Source: Candidatus Nealsonbacteria bacterium DGGOD1a
Lineage (GTDB): Bacteria; Patescibacteriota; Minisyncoccia; Minisyncoccales; UBA5738
Assembly (NCBI GenBank): GCA_022530585.1
Contig: CP092821.1
Location: 585,525-649,524, forward strand
DNA: 64,000 nt
Reading direction: 5' to 3'
Shown: positions 1 to 8,983 of the stretch, in pieces
Layout: each line of letters opens with the position of its first letter
Numbering within the stretch: the stretch's first letter is position 1
Translations under genes and position numbers: made by a program
The notes under the pieces: model-generated
Told to the model about the DNA's origin: nothing
Database searches by the model: none
Seen by the model: the letters and a program-made list of their open reading frames with translations, nothing else

Positions 1-414
1 ATCATTTTCAAGTTTTGCCTGCCCGCAAAACAATCCTAAAATAAATTTATCATTGGGAGTATTGCGGAAAGTTTGGGTCGGCGTTTTTACTTCCAGGAGC
101 TTTCCTTCGTCGAACAAATAAATAATTTTACCCGCGTCAACCGAATTTCGTGAAATTCGATTTGCATTCCAAACCAGTAATCCATTGGCAAACCCTTTTT
201 CGATTTTTTCAACCAAATTATTAAAAATCGGACGACCTGGCTTTTTTGCCGAATGCGACTCGGTCATTACTTCAACAATTTTGAGCTTCTCGCGCCTTAC
301 AACTTCTTCAAGCTCGTTTCGTTGCGATTCAACGCTCAGAATTTGTCTATCCTCGCCCTCAGACGAACGACGGCAGTATTCGATATATTTGATTGTTTGT
401 TTTGCATTTTCCAT
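1..414 (-). CDS. Serine recombinase (resolvase/large serine integrase type), N-terminal part; runs off the window start
   Basis: Missing from the ORF track. Manual translation from ATG 414 gives MENAKQTIKYIEYCRRSSEGEDRQILSVESQ...GRPIF...NRISRN...QAKLEND, with the YxRxS catalytic motif and the RxxR motif; open to base 1. Confidence 0.9.
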   Translation of the reverse strand, partial: MENAKQTIKYIEYCRRSSEGEDRQILSVESQRNELEEVVRREKLKIVEVMTESHSAKKPGRPIFNNLVEKIEKGFANGLLVWNANRISRNSVDAGKIIYLFDEGKLLEVKTPTQTFRNTPNDKFILGLFCGQAKLEND

Positions 415-478
415 AAGTTTTAATATCCAAGTTCTTGGACTTTACTATACCGCTTTTGAAGCGAAGCGGCCAGGGGAT

Positions 479-1579
479 TTATTGTTTTACAATCTTAAAA
501 TCCACCAGCTGTTTTCGGCATTCGTCAAAGACTTGTTTTAATGTAAATGATGGTATGTTGTAAGTGCTTAATAATTTCTTTAATTTTTTCTTGGCTCGAT
601 GGCGGTCTTGCCTTGAATAATAATCATCGCCAAACAATTTTTGCTGGTAAGAACCCGTTTGCTGATTTGCCAGACACCAACCCATCCAAGCGTAAGCGTC
701 ATATAAAGGCATTCCTGATTGCTTGGCCTTTTTTAGAAACTCACTGGTAGGGTATAGCGGCGTATCGATTGTGGCAATGCTCAAATCATTGGCTAATTTG
801 TCGAAAAATTCCAAAAGAATCCGCTGGCATAAGTTATCATTAAAAACTTCCTGCAAACACCTTTCTTTGCTTTCGTCCCCGTCAATTCGTCTGCCGATGT
901 ATTTTTTGAGCGTAAACCTTTGCTGGAATGTTATTTCCATTCGAAGGATTTTATCCGGCAACATCCCAATCTTCATTTTTTCAGCAATTTGTGTTTCTGC
1001 GTTATTCTTTGCCTTATCGACCAATTCCGAACCTTTGTCATACATTTTCCAGCCAATCTGTTTATTGTAGATTCGCCCGCAAAATCCAAGACGGTTGCCT
1101 TCGGTGTAATATGTATCTTTTGTATGGCTGTATGCTTTGCCAATATCCAAAAAGGGGATAACTTTCAAAAATTCAACCGGATAGCCAAAGTTAGACGGCA
1201 AAATGAAATTAAACGAAAAAGCGATGTTTCTTATACTGGCCATTTTAATTATTTCTCTTGAAATCGGCTGGCCGTTAAAAACTCGGCACATTTTATCAAA
1301 CAGGGTATTTAAGACCTGCTCGTAATCCTTTTCATCAACTCCAAAATAATTGCTATTTCTTATCAATTTTGGAGCGGAAAATTGAATAACGATGTCGCGA
1401 GTGTAATAATCGGTTATTCCTTGTTTTTTTGAAATTGTGACTGTGGGCATATAATTTTTTGCCGGGTCGGGATTGAATACGTATTTTGTTACACCCCCGC
1501 TTTTGATTGACCTGAAATGAGTTAAATATCTGTCGGGAATTTCCAATCTTTCGACAATCAAAATTACAGTATCTATCAT
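479..1579 (-). CDS. Putative phage/plasmid replication initiation protein (Rep_trans / gpII-X-like)
   Basis: 366 aa with KMYDKGSE and ILRMEITF motifs (YDK...LRxE pattern); lies directly upstream of the recombinase. Confidence 0.6.
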   Translation of the reverse strand: MIDTVILIVERLEIPDRYLTHFRSIKSGGVTKYVFNPDPAKNYMPTVTISKKQGITDYYTRDIVIQFSAPKLIRNSNYFGVDEKDYEQVLNTLFDKMCRVFNGQPISREIIKMASIRNIAFSFNFILPSNFGYPVEFLKVIPFLDIGKAYSHTKDTYYTEGNRLGFCGRIYNKQIGWKMYDKGSELVDKAKNNAETQIAEKMKIGMLPDKILRMEITFQQRFTLKKYIGRRIDGDESKERCLQEVFNDNLCQRILLEFFDKLANDLSIATIDTPLYPTSEFLKKAKQSGMPLYDAYAWMGWCLANQQTGSYQQKLFGDDYYSRQDRHRAKKKLKKLLSTYNIPSFTLKQVFDECRKQLVDFKIVKQ

Positions 1580-1587
1580 AACCAGTG

Positions 1588-1782
1588 TTACAAGGTGATA
1601 GTATTACTCCGGTCAGTTTCGTTGCCGTTTTCAATTCGGCCGATTTTAGAAGGACCATAAACTGCCTTGTAAAATTCGACAAAGCGATTGGCTTTTTCTG
1701 AAGCCTCGGTATCTGAAAGCTGGATTTTATAAATCCGGCAGTAAATTCGCTTAAATTCGTCAACGGCCTTTTGCGGAAGCAT
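1588..1782 (-). CDS. Small hypothetical protein of the integrative element
   Basis: MLPQKAVDEFKRIYCRIYKIQLSDTEASEKA...; co-oriented and tightly spaced with the rep gene. Confidence 0.6.
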   Translation of the reverse strand: MLPQKAVDEFKRIYCRIYKIQLSDTEASEKANRFVEFYKAVYGPSKIGRIENGNETDRSNTITL

Positions 1783-1920
1783 AATTTTGACCCTTATGCA
1801 GTTATGACGCAAAACCGCCAACAAATCCTATGGCTAAAAGTTGGATAAAATTCTGACTATATTCTGACTATTTCCTGTAACAAAAAACCGCTTTTTGAGG
1901 CGGTTTGCGGACTCTTGTTT

Positions 1921-3186
1921 TTAATCGACTAATTTTAAGCGATAGGCTTTATTATTTTTTTGAGTTTCAAATATGTTTTCGTTTGAATTTTCATTTTTGG
2001 GTAAAATTTTAAGTCCGTGTTTAATCTTTTTAACTATACCTTGCAAACACCACATTTCCGTTTGATAGTCTACGAGTGGATTTGGAAACTCCTTTTTGTA
2101 TAAAACTTTTAAGAGAGTTGTATATTTGGCTAAATGAGTTGCGCTTTCCAAAAGACATAAAAGCACAATGTATTCCTGGGTTTCGGGTGCAAAGCTGCCA
2201 TACGTATTATTGCCATTGCCACCGTCATACTTAAAAGCCCCGCTAAACCTGTTAAAATCCAGTTTTAACCCGCTTTCGGTATGAAAAACGAGCCAACCAT
2301 CATCTTCCCCTGCATTTATCTCTTCTAAACCCTGTTTTTCATTATCATCATCAATGGCCTTTTTTGCTATTTTTTCTCTTTCCTCGCTATTTCCCAGAAC
2401 CTCTATTATCGAATAAAAAGATGTTTTTTCTTCTGTCAAAAAAAATCCAGGTAGCTCAATTTCTTTATAATTGCACAATGAATCAATTAAACCACCAATT
2501 ACTATTTTGCAATGTTGCTTGATTCTATTAAAATCTTTTTCTCGTATATTGCTTTTATAATTTTCCGGCGAAACCAATAAGCCGCATAAGTTCCAAAACT
2601 CTCTAAATGTATTTACATTTAATCTGGCCGGAAGCCAGCTAATTAGTTGATTAAATTCAAGCAGGCCATCGTTGTACTCATCAATCAATTTATAAAATTC
2701 AAAACGTGATTTTTTATCTTTAACAATGTGGTAGCCAATTAAATTAAAAAGCCTCGTTATTGATTCGTATTGTTTTTTAACTTGGTAAGCTTTATTTGCG
2801 TAATCATTCAATGCGCTTTCATCCAACCGATAATAATTATTTTTATCTAATGCTAATTGATATAATTCTGGTAAATCTACTTCATCCTGTCCGGTTTTTA
2901 ACTGATTTTTATATTTGCAATTCAGCTTTTTTTGTAGCTCGATTATCTTTTGATTATCGGTAAGTTTTAAGATTGCAGTCGCATTTTCACATAGCTGGTT
3001 TTGAATCTTGGTAAAATCTTTATTCGAAGCTAAATTCTTAAAATAATGCAATCGGTAATCAAATTCTTTTTTGAGTATTTCGTTTTGTTGGATAAAAACA
3101 AAAAAGCCGATTAGGAAATTTTCTCCAATTTCTTGGACGCGCTCCAACTCAGCTTTGAATAGCTGTAATTTTTCAATTGTAGTCAT
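1921..3186 (-). CDS. Hypothetical protein, possible C-terminal winged-helix-like domain
   Basis: 421 aa AT-rich ORF; C-terminus (VLLCLLES...LLKVLY...IVKKIKHGL...KAYRL) resembles OmpR-type wHTH. Confidence 0.6.
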   Translation of the reverse strand: MTTIEKLQLFKAELERVQEIGENFLIGFFVFIQQNEILKKEFDYRLHYFKNLASNKDFTKIQNQLCENATAILKLTDNQKIIELQKKLNCKYKNQLKTGQDEVDLPELYQLALDKNNYYRLDESALNDYANKAYQVKKQYESITRLFNLIGYHIVKDKKSRFEFYKLIDEYNDGLLEFNQLISWLPARLNVNTFREFWNLCGLLVSPENYKSNIREKDFNRIKQHCKIVIGGLIDSLCNYKEIELPGFFLTEEKTSFYSIIEVLGNSEEREKIAKKAIDDDNEKQGLEEINAGEDDGWLVFHTESGLKLDFNRFSGAFKYDGGNGNNTYGSFAPETQEYIVLLCLLESATHLAKYTTLLKVLYKKEFPNPLVDYQTEMWCLQGIVKKIKHGLKILPKNENSNENIFETQKNNKAYRLKLVD

Positions 3187-3329
3187 AATGGCTTTGATAA
3201 ACCCTTATTTTCTATTATTTCATTTCTCATTGAATTTTCAAGTTAAAAATTTGTTAAAAAGCAAATTTTGAATTAAAATGAAACATAATTTAATAGTTGG
3301 CCTAACCCTCGTAATTTAATCTGCGAGGT

Positions 3330-3481
3330 ATGGCGTAAAAACCTGTTGAAAATACTGAACTCCACGTTCAGCAATCTTTCAACAGGTCATATCGGGAAAC
3401 CGGTATGGAGCCGCAAGGCTCAGCTGGCGTGGAGCTCTGTGTTTATGTGCGCTCTATGGCCAGCCAAAACGGCCATTTTTT
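3330..3481 (+). ncRNA. Candidate structured ncRNA (multi-stem junction)
   Basis: Stems ACCTGTTGAAA/TTTCAACAGGT, CATATCGG-GAAA-CCGGTATG, GAGCC-GCAA-GGCTC and GCTGGC/GCCAGC, closed by ATGGC..GT/AC..GCCAT and followed by a T-run; two GNRA loops. Confidence 0.55.
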
Positions 3482-3501
3482 GTTAATTTTTTATAAAAAA
3501 T

Positions 3502-4179
3502 ATGGAAGCAATAACAATAATAATCTTAATCGTGATTTGTATAATTTTGGTTAAATGGTTGGCTGGTGCAGGCGAAAAGGAGAAAAAGCAAAAAATCGAT
3601 GATGATATAAGATTCAGGCAGCTCGTTGCCAGTGCTAAATCGTATATCGAAAACGCTAAAATTGAAAAACAATTACCTGTTGGTCTTACCTCTTTAATGC
3701 TTGCAAACGGCGAACAAGCATTATTGGAGGAAGGCACGCAATTGATTGAAACTCGGTCAGTGAGAGATACTGGCGGCGGCGGGGTTAGAATCCGCGTAAT
3801 GAAAGGCGTTTCTGTCGGCGGGTTTGGTTCGCAAGGGGAAAGCCATCAAGCTTACAGAGTAATAGACCAAGGCACAATTACGCTTACCGATAAAAAAATT
3901 ATTTTCAGCGGTTCAAAGGAAAATCGGAATATACCAATCGACAAAATTATTAAATTCGACCCGTTCAATAACGGAATGATAATCAAAATTGACGGACGCT
4001 CAAAGAATGTCGCTTTTTATATCAACAATTCTTTCCTATGGGGCGCGATTATAAATATGCTTCATTCCGAAATTAACGACATTTCCAATTTGCAACCGGA
4101 AAATTTTGATAAAGCATTGGAATGGCTTAAAAATTGGGAATCATCCGATGTCGGAGTAAGCAGCGTAAGCCCGGAATAG
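3502..4179 (+). CDS. Membrane-anchored hypothetical protein (possible PH-like domain)
   Basis: N-terminal TM helix, Gly-rich segment, then DQGTITLTDKKIIFSG. Confidence 0.7.
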   Translation: MEAITIIILIVICIILVKWLAGAGEKEKKQKIDDDIRFRQLVASAKSYIENAKIEKQLPVGLTSLMLANGEQALLEEGTQLIETRSVRDTGGGGVRIRVMKGVSVGGFGSQGESHQAYRVIDQGTITLTDKKIIFSGSKENRNIPIDKIIKFDPFNNGMIIKIDGRSKNVAFYINNSFLWGAIINMLHSEINDISNLQPENFDKALEWLKNWESSDVGVSSVSPE

Positions 4180-4212
4180 TTTTTTATTAAACATTAAATA
4201 ACCAATAAAAAT

Positions 4213-4605
4213 ATGCCACTATCATCCGAAGAAATCGCTAAAATCGAAGAAGAGGAGCGCGTGCGCGTTGAAGCACACGAAAAATACACTCAAATCGCTC
4301 ATCCCAAAAACGGAAAAGCGTTGTTTCTATCAATTCTTATTCCCGGTTTAGGCCAGATGTCAAAAGGAGAAGCAGGAAAGGGGTTCGTTATTCTGGTATT
4401 CTGCGTGGGTGGTTATTTTGTAGGGGTAATACCTGGAATAATCATTTTCGTCTGGCAGCTTTTCGACGCCTACAATTACAATAAAAAAACCGACCCAAAT
4501 AATTCCAGTGAAAGCGATTCAGTAACCAAGATTTTAGGTATCGGACTGCTTATTATTATGCTATTAGCACTAATAGGTTACTTTATGGGCAGTTCTTCAA
4601 ATTAA
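4213..4605 (+). CDS. TM2-like membrane protein
   Basis: ALFLSILIPGLGQMSKG motif and several hydrophobic helices. Confidence 0.7.
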   Translation: MPLSSEEIAKIEEEERVRVEAHEKYTQIAHPKNGKALFLSILIPGLGQMSKGEAGKGFVILVFCVGGYFVGVIPGIIIFVWQLFDAYNYNKKTDPNNSSESDSVTKILGIGLLIIMLLALIGYFMGSSSN

Positions 4606-4898
4606 AATCCCAATCAATCCCAATTTGAAAATTATTTTTGAGCCTAAAAACAAAAGATAATCTGGAATCATCGAAATGTCGTATTTTGCATATATTCAAT
4701 AAAAACAAGGAGAAATTCTTGTTTTTATCTTATTCGAAAATCCAAATTATCCTGAATTTGAGAATCATTTTTACGACTTAAAATCAAATTTGGATTGTGA
4801 AAATTAAAATGCAACTATTCAATAGTCACTGATTGGTCGCTTGCTATTCATTATAAATACAATATAATGCCTATAATCGTGAACCTTATCAACAAAAT

Positions 4899-5801
4899 AT
4901 GGAGGTGAAAGCTATGATAAGATTCTCTGATAATTTTGAAACCGAGTACTTCGTGCCAAGCGGAATTGTTGGACAAGACGGAAGCGGCTGGTTGCACCAT
5001 AAAATCTTGGAAAAAATAGGGCTATGGGATTCTTCATTATTGGTGCCAGTAGCAAAAACCGTTACTTTGCAACCAATAAAGGGTAATTGGAATGGAAATC
5101 CTTGGCATTGTATCAGACCATCGTCCTTTTATCGGTTGCGCCCAGCAGGAACAGTCAATTTCATCGGACTTACCAACCCAGGATTCGATGAATGGAAAAA
5201 GGAAATCGGCTCTCGAATTAACACGGGGAAAATACATCCGGTTGTTTCAATTTTGGGAACGCCTGACGAGTTGGCAAGAATGGCAAAAGACCTCAATGAT
5301 TTTGACATTCCGGCATTGGAGATTAACGCTTCTTGTCCGAATACCAACGATTGCAGCGTTATCAATAATGCCACAAGGGTAATTGAGAGTTGCCAAGTAG
5401 TGCGGGAAATCTCAGATTTTCCAATAATCTTAAAAGTGTCCGTTGCTCACGACATAGACAGGATTATTCCGAAAGTTGAAAATTACTGCAAAGCGTTGGC
5501 AATAAACAGCGTGCCTTATCCGATGGTATTCCCGAATAAACAGAGCCCGCTTTCACATTTGGGTTCTGGCGGAGGAGGAATATCGGGATTAGACGCTCAA
5601 CAATATACGTGGGCTCTTGTTAAAAAGCTGAAAGAAATGACGAATGTTCCGGTTATTGCACCAAGCATTTGGATATATGAAGATATTGCTTGGTTGCGTA
5701 ACGTATATAAGGCTGATGCGTTTAGTTTCGGGGCTTTGGCCTTGTTATCTCCTTGGTTGGTAACAAAATATATACGTCTGGATTTGCGAAGAAAGCAGTA
5801 A
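4899..5801 (+). CDS. pyrD: Dihydroorotate dehydrogenase-like protein (class 1, divergent)
   Basis: AKTVT, NFIGLTNPG, EINASCPN, ILKVS and GGISG motifs; next to pyrF/pyrE. Confidence 0.75.
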   Translation: MEVKAMIRFSDNFETEYFVPSGIVGQDGSGWLHHKILEKIGLWDSSLLVPVAKTVTLQPIKGNWNGNPWHCIRPSSFYRLRPAGTVNFIGLTNPGFDEWKKEIGSRINTGKIHPVVSILGTPDELARMAKDLNDFDIPALEINASCPNTNDCSVINNATRVIESCQVVREISDFPIILKVSVAHDIDRIIPKVENYCKALAINSVPYPMVFPNKQSPLSHLGSGGGGISGLDAQQYTWALVKKLKEMTNVPVIAPSIWIYEDIAWLRNVYKADAFSFGALALLSPWLVTKYIRLDLRRKQ

Positions 5802-6030
5802 CTGCCAAGGGCTATCTGCTTTTTATTTTTGGATTAAAGCAAAAAGTAGTAAGCAAAAGCTTGCAAATTAAAAGAATTTAAGTAATATCAATCAAGATGT
5901 AGCGGCGCAGATTAAATCTGGATTCGCCGCTTTGCGTGCAAGTCATTTTGGCGGTTTTAAGATAAAACCACTTTGCACATTCAAAACAGAATCGCCCCTA
6001 AAAGAGCAAGCAAATTTGTGAGGTATCCAT

Positions 6031-6765
6031 ATGCAAGCAAGCGAAGAGATGATAAAAAACGCGCGAGAGCGAATAATCTACGCCCTTGATGTAAGTGGTT
6101 CGGTAGCCGCAATGCCTACAATTAAGACTATCGCACCATTAGTAGGTATCATTAAGACTGGATTGGAGTTAATCACATCAGGAGAAGCCCCGGAAGTAAT
6201 AAAGGCAATCCAAGGAATGGGAGGCCAAGTTTTCTACGACGGTAAATTTGATGATATTCCAAATACCGTCGGTAGAGCTACCAAGATTGCCGCTGGATTC
6301 GGCGTTAAAATGATTAACGTCCACGCCTCAGCTGGTAAAGAATCCATCAAGGCCGCAATTGCTAACAAGGGCAAATCCCTTATTTTGGGAGTTACCATCC
6401 TGACTTCCATTGATGAGACCGAATGTAAATCGATATTCGGTGATACGCCCGGCAATAAAGTAGTCCAGTTTGCCGAAATGCTGGTTGACTTGGGAGCAGA
6501 TGGTATCATTTGTTCACCCAAGGAATTGGTATTACTCGGCAAGATTGAAAAATTCAACCATCTGTTGAAGATTACTCCCGGCGTAAGGCCAGTATGGGCA
6601 GAGACAGGCGACCAAAAGAGGGTAATGACCCCAGCTGATGCGATAAAGGCAGGCGCAACCCATTTAGTGATTGGGCGTCCGATATCTTCACCCCCAAAAG
6701 AGATAGGGTCGCCAACTAACGCGGCGTATCTAATCGCCAAGGAAATAGCAGAAGCAATGGCATAA
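6031..6765 (+). CDS. pyrF: Orotidine-5'-phosphate decarboxylase
   Basis: IYALD, DGKFDDIPNT, GVTILTS, TPGVRP..DQKRVMTP and LVIGRPI motifs. Confidence 0.95.
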   Translation: MQASEEMIKNARERIIYALDVSGSVAAMPTIKTIAPLVGIIKTGLELITSGEAPEVIKAIQGMGGQVFYDGKFDDIPNTVGRATKIAAGFGVKMINVHASAGKESIKAAIANKGKSLILGVTILTSIDETECKSIFGDTPGNKVVQFAEMLVDLGADGIICSPKELVLLGKIEKFNHLLKITPGVRPVWAETGDQKRVMTPADAIKAGATHLVIGRPISSPPKEIGSPTNAAYLIAKEIAEAMA

Positions 6766-6775
6766 AGGAGGAGCA

Positions 6776-7546
6776 ATGAAACCAAAAAGATTGACGGCAA
6801 AGCAAATCTTTGAAAAACGGCGCGATTATCTTGATATTGCGCGACAAAGAGACGCTTATTATGAGCGTATAGGTAACAGCCCTCTTGTTGGTTACGCGGG
6901 CAAGTATAACGGTCCTGACGGCCAGAAATTGCAGTTTGTCGGATTTGCATATATCAATGTTGCAAAACTGGAAGAATGTCCAGCTGATGACCTCGATTTC
7001 ATAGGCACCGAATTGGCCGATAAAGCAAGAGCAAAGTTAGGCCAATTGTCCAAAAAAACTGTTCTCGTGGCAGCTCCTGTCGGCGGTTATGCCCTATCAA
7101 TTGACCTTGGGCGCAAACTAAAATGCCGGACAATCAAGGCCGAGAAGAAAGTAACCAAGGTCGGAATTGAGGGCCAGCGTGACGAAACCAAGCTGGTTTT
7201 AGACCGCCACGAGCTATCAGAAAGTGATGAAGTTATAATTGTTGAGGATGTTTGCAATAATTTCTCAACAACGCTTGACCTAATCCGCTTGGTAGAAAGT
7301 TTTGGCGCAAAGGTAATTGCTATCGTATGCTACTTGAACAGGTCTCCTGACTACGACTTCGTATATAATCCCAGTGGCACAGAATACAATATCCCCATTA
7401 TCCCACTGGTGCGCCAAATAATAGCAGAATTCAAACAAGATGCCCCAGAGGTAATGGAGGACATTAAAAAAGGGAACATCGAATGGAAACCAAAGAAAAA
7501 GGAAAGCTGGGCCAGGTTAATGAAAGCAATGAGGGCTGTATCTTAA
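6776..7546 (+). CDS. pyrE: Type I phosphoribosyltransferase, probable orotate PRTase
   Basis: PRPP-binding VIIVEDVCNNFST; follows pyrF with an AGGAGG RBS. Confidence 0.65.
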   Translation: MKPKRLTAKQIFEKRRDYLDIARQRDAYYERIGNSPLVGYAGKYNGPDGQKLQFVGFAYINVAKLEECPADDLDFIGTELADKARAKLGQLSKKTVLVAAPVGGYALSIDLGRKLKCRTIKAEKKVTKVGIEGQRDETKLVLDRHELSESDEVIIVEDVCNNFSTTLDLIRLVESFGAKVIAIVCYLNRSPDYDFVYNPSGTEYNIPIIPLVRQIIAEFKQDAPEVMEDIKKGNIEWKPKKKESWARLMKAMRAVS

Positions 7547-7638
7547 TACACCCAATTTACATAATTGCAACCTTTGACGGAAGGTTTGATAAGAGCACAT
7601 CAAAACGCCGTCTTTTTATTTATAAATAAAGAAAAATT

Positions 7639-7953
7639 CTAAAAGGGACAATCTTTCTCAATACATTTTTCCATTCCCTCAAAGAAAATTTCTCGCCTTT
7701 CGAGCGGAATAAACCGCATTATTTGCGGTATCCATTTAGAACACCACGCTTTAATATCATCAGTTTCGTTAAATTCCTCAATAGCTTTATCCTGATTATC
7801 ACCGTTAATCAAATTTCCCAGATGAATACAGGTATGGTATCCTACCTCAAAGTAGCTATTCTTGCCGCCATCAGAGGCGTTAATAACAAGAGCCTTAAAC
7901 CAAGTAGGCAAAGCGGCATTTTTGATATTTTCTAATGATTTTTTATTTAACAT
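7639..7953 (-). CDS. Hypothetical protein
   Basis: 104 aa ORF with ATG start; no motif recognised. Confidence 0.55.
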   Translation of the reverse strand: MLNKKSLENIKNAALPTWFKALVINASDGGKNSYFEVGYHTCIHLGNLINGDNQDKAIEEFNETDDIKAWCSKWIPQIMRFIPLERREIFFEGMEKCIEKDCPF

Positions 7954-8199
7954 TTTGTTATTTTTAGTAGTTTTTCTGCCTTAATCCAAGAACTTGGACA
8001 ATTAGCTTACGGCGCATAAAGATTGCTGAATAGCGGTTCTAACGCCACATAATGCCCGCAGCTCTTCGTCGCCTCCACTCCTCAGAGCCTGCGGCCGCAA
8101 GGCCAAATACAATAGAGCGATGAAGACCCTGAACGAAGTGAAGGGACAGTATTTTTCAGGGTCTTTTCGTTATTCTGAGAAACCGCGCGATTTGATTCT

Positions 8200-8466
8200 A
8201 TGCAGTATTCCACCTATATTCTCGAATGTGCCGATGGGAGTTTTTATGTTGGATGCACTAACGATATAGAGCGCAGATTAAAACAGCACAACGATTCAAA
8301 GTGGGGCGCGCATTACACAAAAATTCGCCGACCAGTGGAATTGCGATATGCGGAAACATTTAACGATCTTAAATCCGCTAGACAACGCGAAACTGAAATA
8401 AAAAGCTGGCGCCGCGAAAAGAAGCTGGAATTAATTGTCGCTCTTCCAATCAAAGGCCGGAGTTGA
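8200..8466 (+). CDS. GIY-YIG nuclease (UPF0213/YhbQ-like)
   Basis: YILECADGSFYVGCTNDIERRLKQH...A..RE..IKSW.R.KK. Confidence 0.92.
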   Translation: MQYSTYILECADGSFYVGCTNDIERRLKQHNDSKWGAHYTKIRRPVELRYAETFNDLKSARQRETEIKSWRREKKLELIVALPIKGRS

Positions 8467-8916
8467 CACCATTTTGCGCTAGTTTCTTGAACTCAGTTAT
8501 TAGACTACAGAGGAATGCGCAGACCGAAGGAAAACAAAAATGTTGCTGTTGGGCGTCTTTTTTTGTAGCAAAGCGGTTTTCGGCGTGAGCTATCGCTTGC
8601 CTTGACCTTTAGGCACGGTGTCGGGCATTTCGAGGGGCAGCCGGACAAAAGCTCAAAGCTTGGAATAACCACAAACCAAAGGCGCTGTTTCCCTGAAAGC
8701 CCGGAGCAGGCGGAACGCCGACCGCGGAGGGGAAACAGCACCGGAACAAGCCCTCAAAACTTGGAATTGGCACTTACCCGGCGCAAATCAGGCTCCTAAA
8801 AACTCGTCATTTATAGAATTGAGGGTACAAGGCCCGGCCTTGTTTTTATATATGACAAACAATAAAATATCGCGAGATACGAGCGGTGTGAGAAAAAATT
8901 ATTTGAGCTCGCGGTT

Positions 8917-8949
8917 TAAAAATTTCAGAGGGGATGGCCTTTTGTTTGC
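8917..8949 (+). repeat. 33-bp direct repeat, copy 1
   Basis: TAAAAATTTCAGAGGGGATGGCCTTTTGTTTGC, identical at 10102-10134. Confidence 0.95.
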
Positions 8950-8983
8950 AAAAAAATTATAATAAATAGTTATCAAATTAAAT

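Noticed and set aside
8500..8800. RNase P RNA, tmRNA or a group I intron around the GIY-YIG gene
   Set aside because: I could not find the GAGGAAAGUCC/AGAACCCGGCUUA, tRNA-like termini or P7 signatures, and no interrupted host gene is visible.
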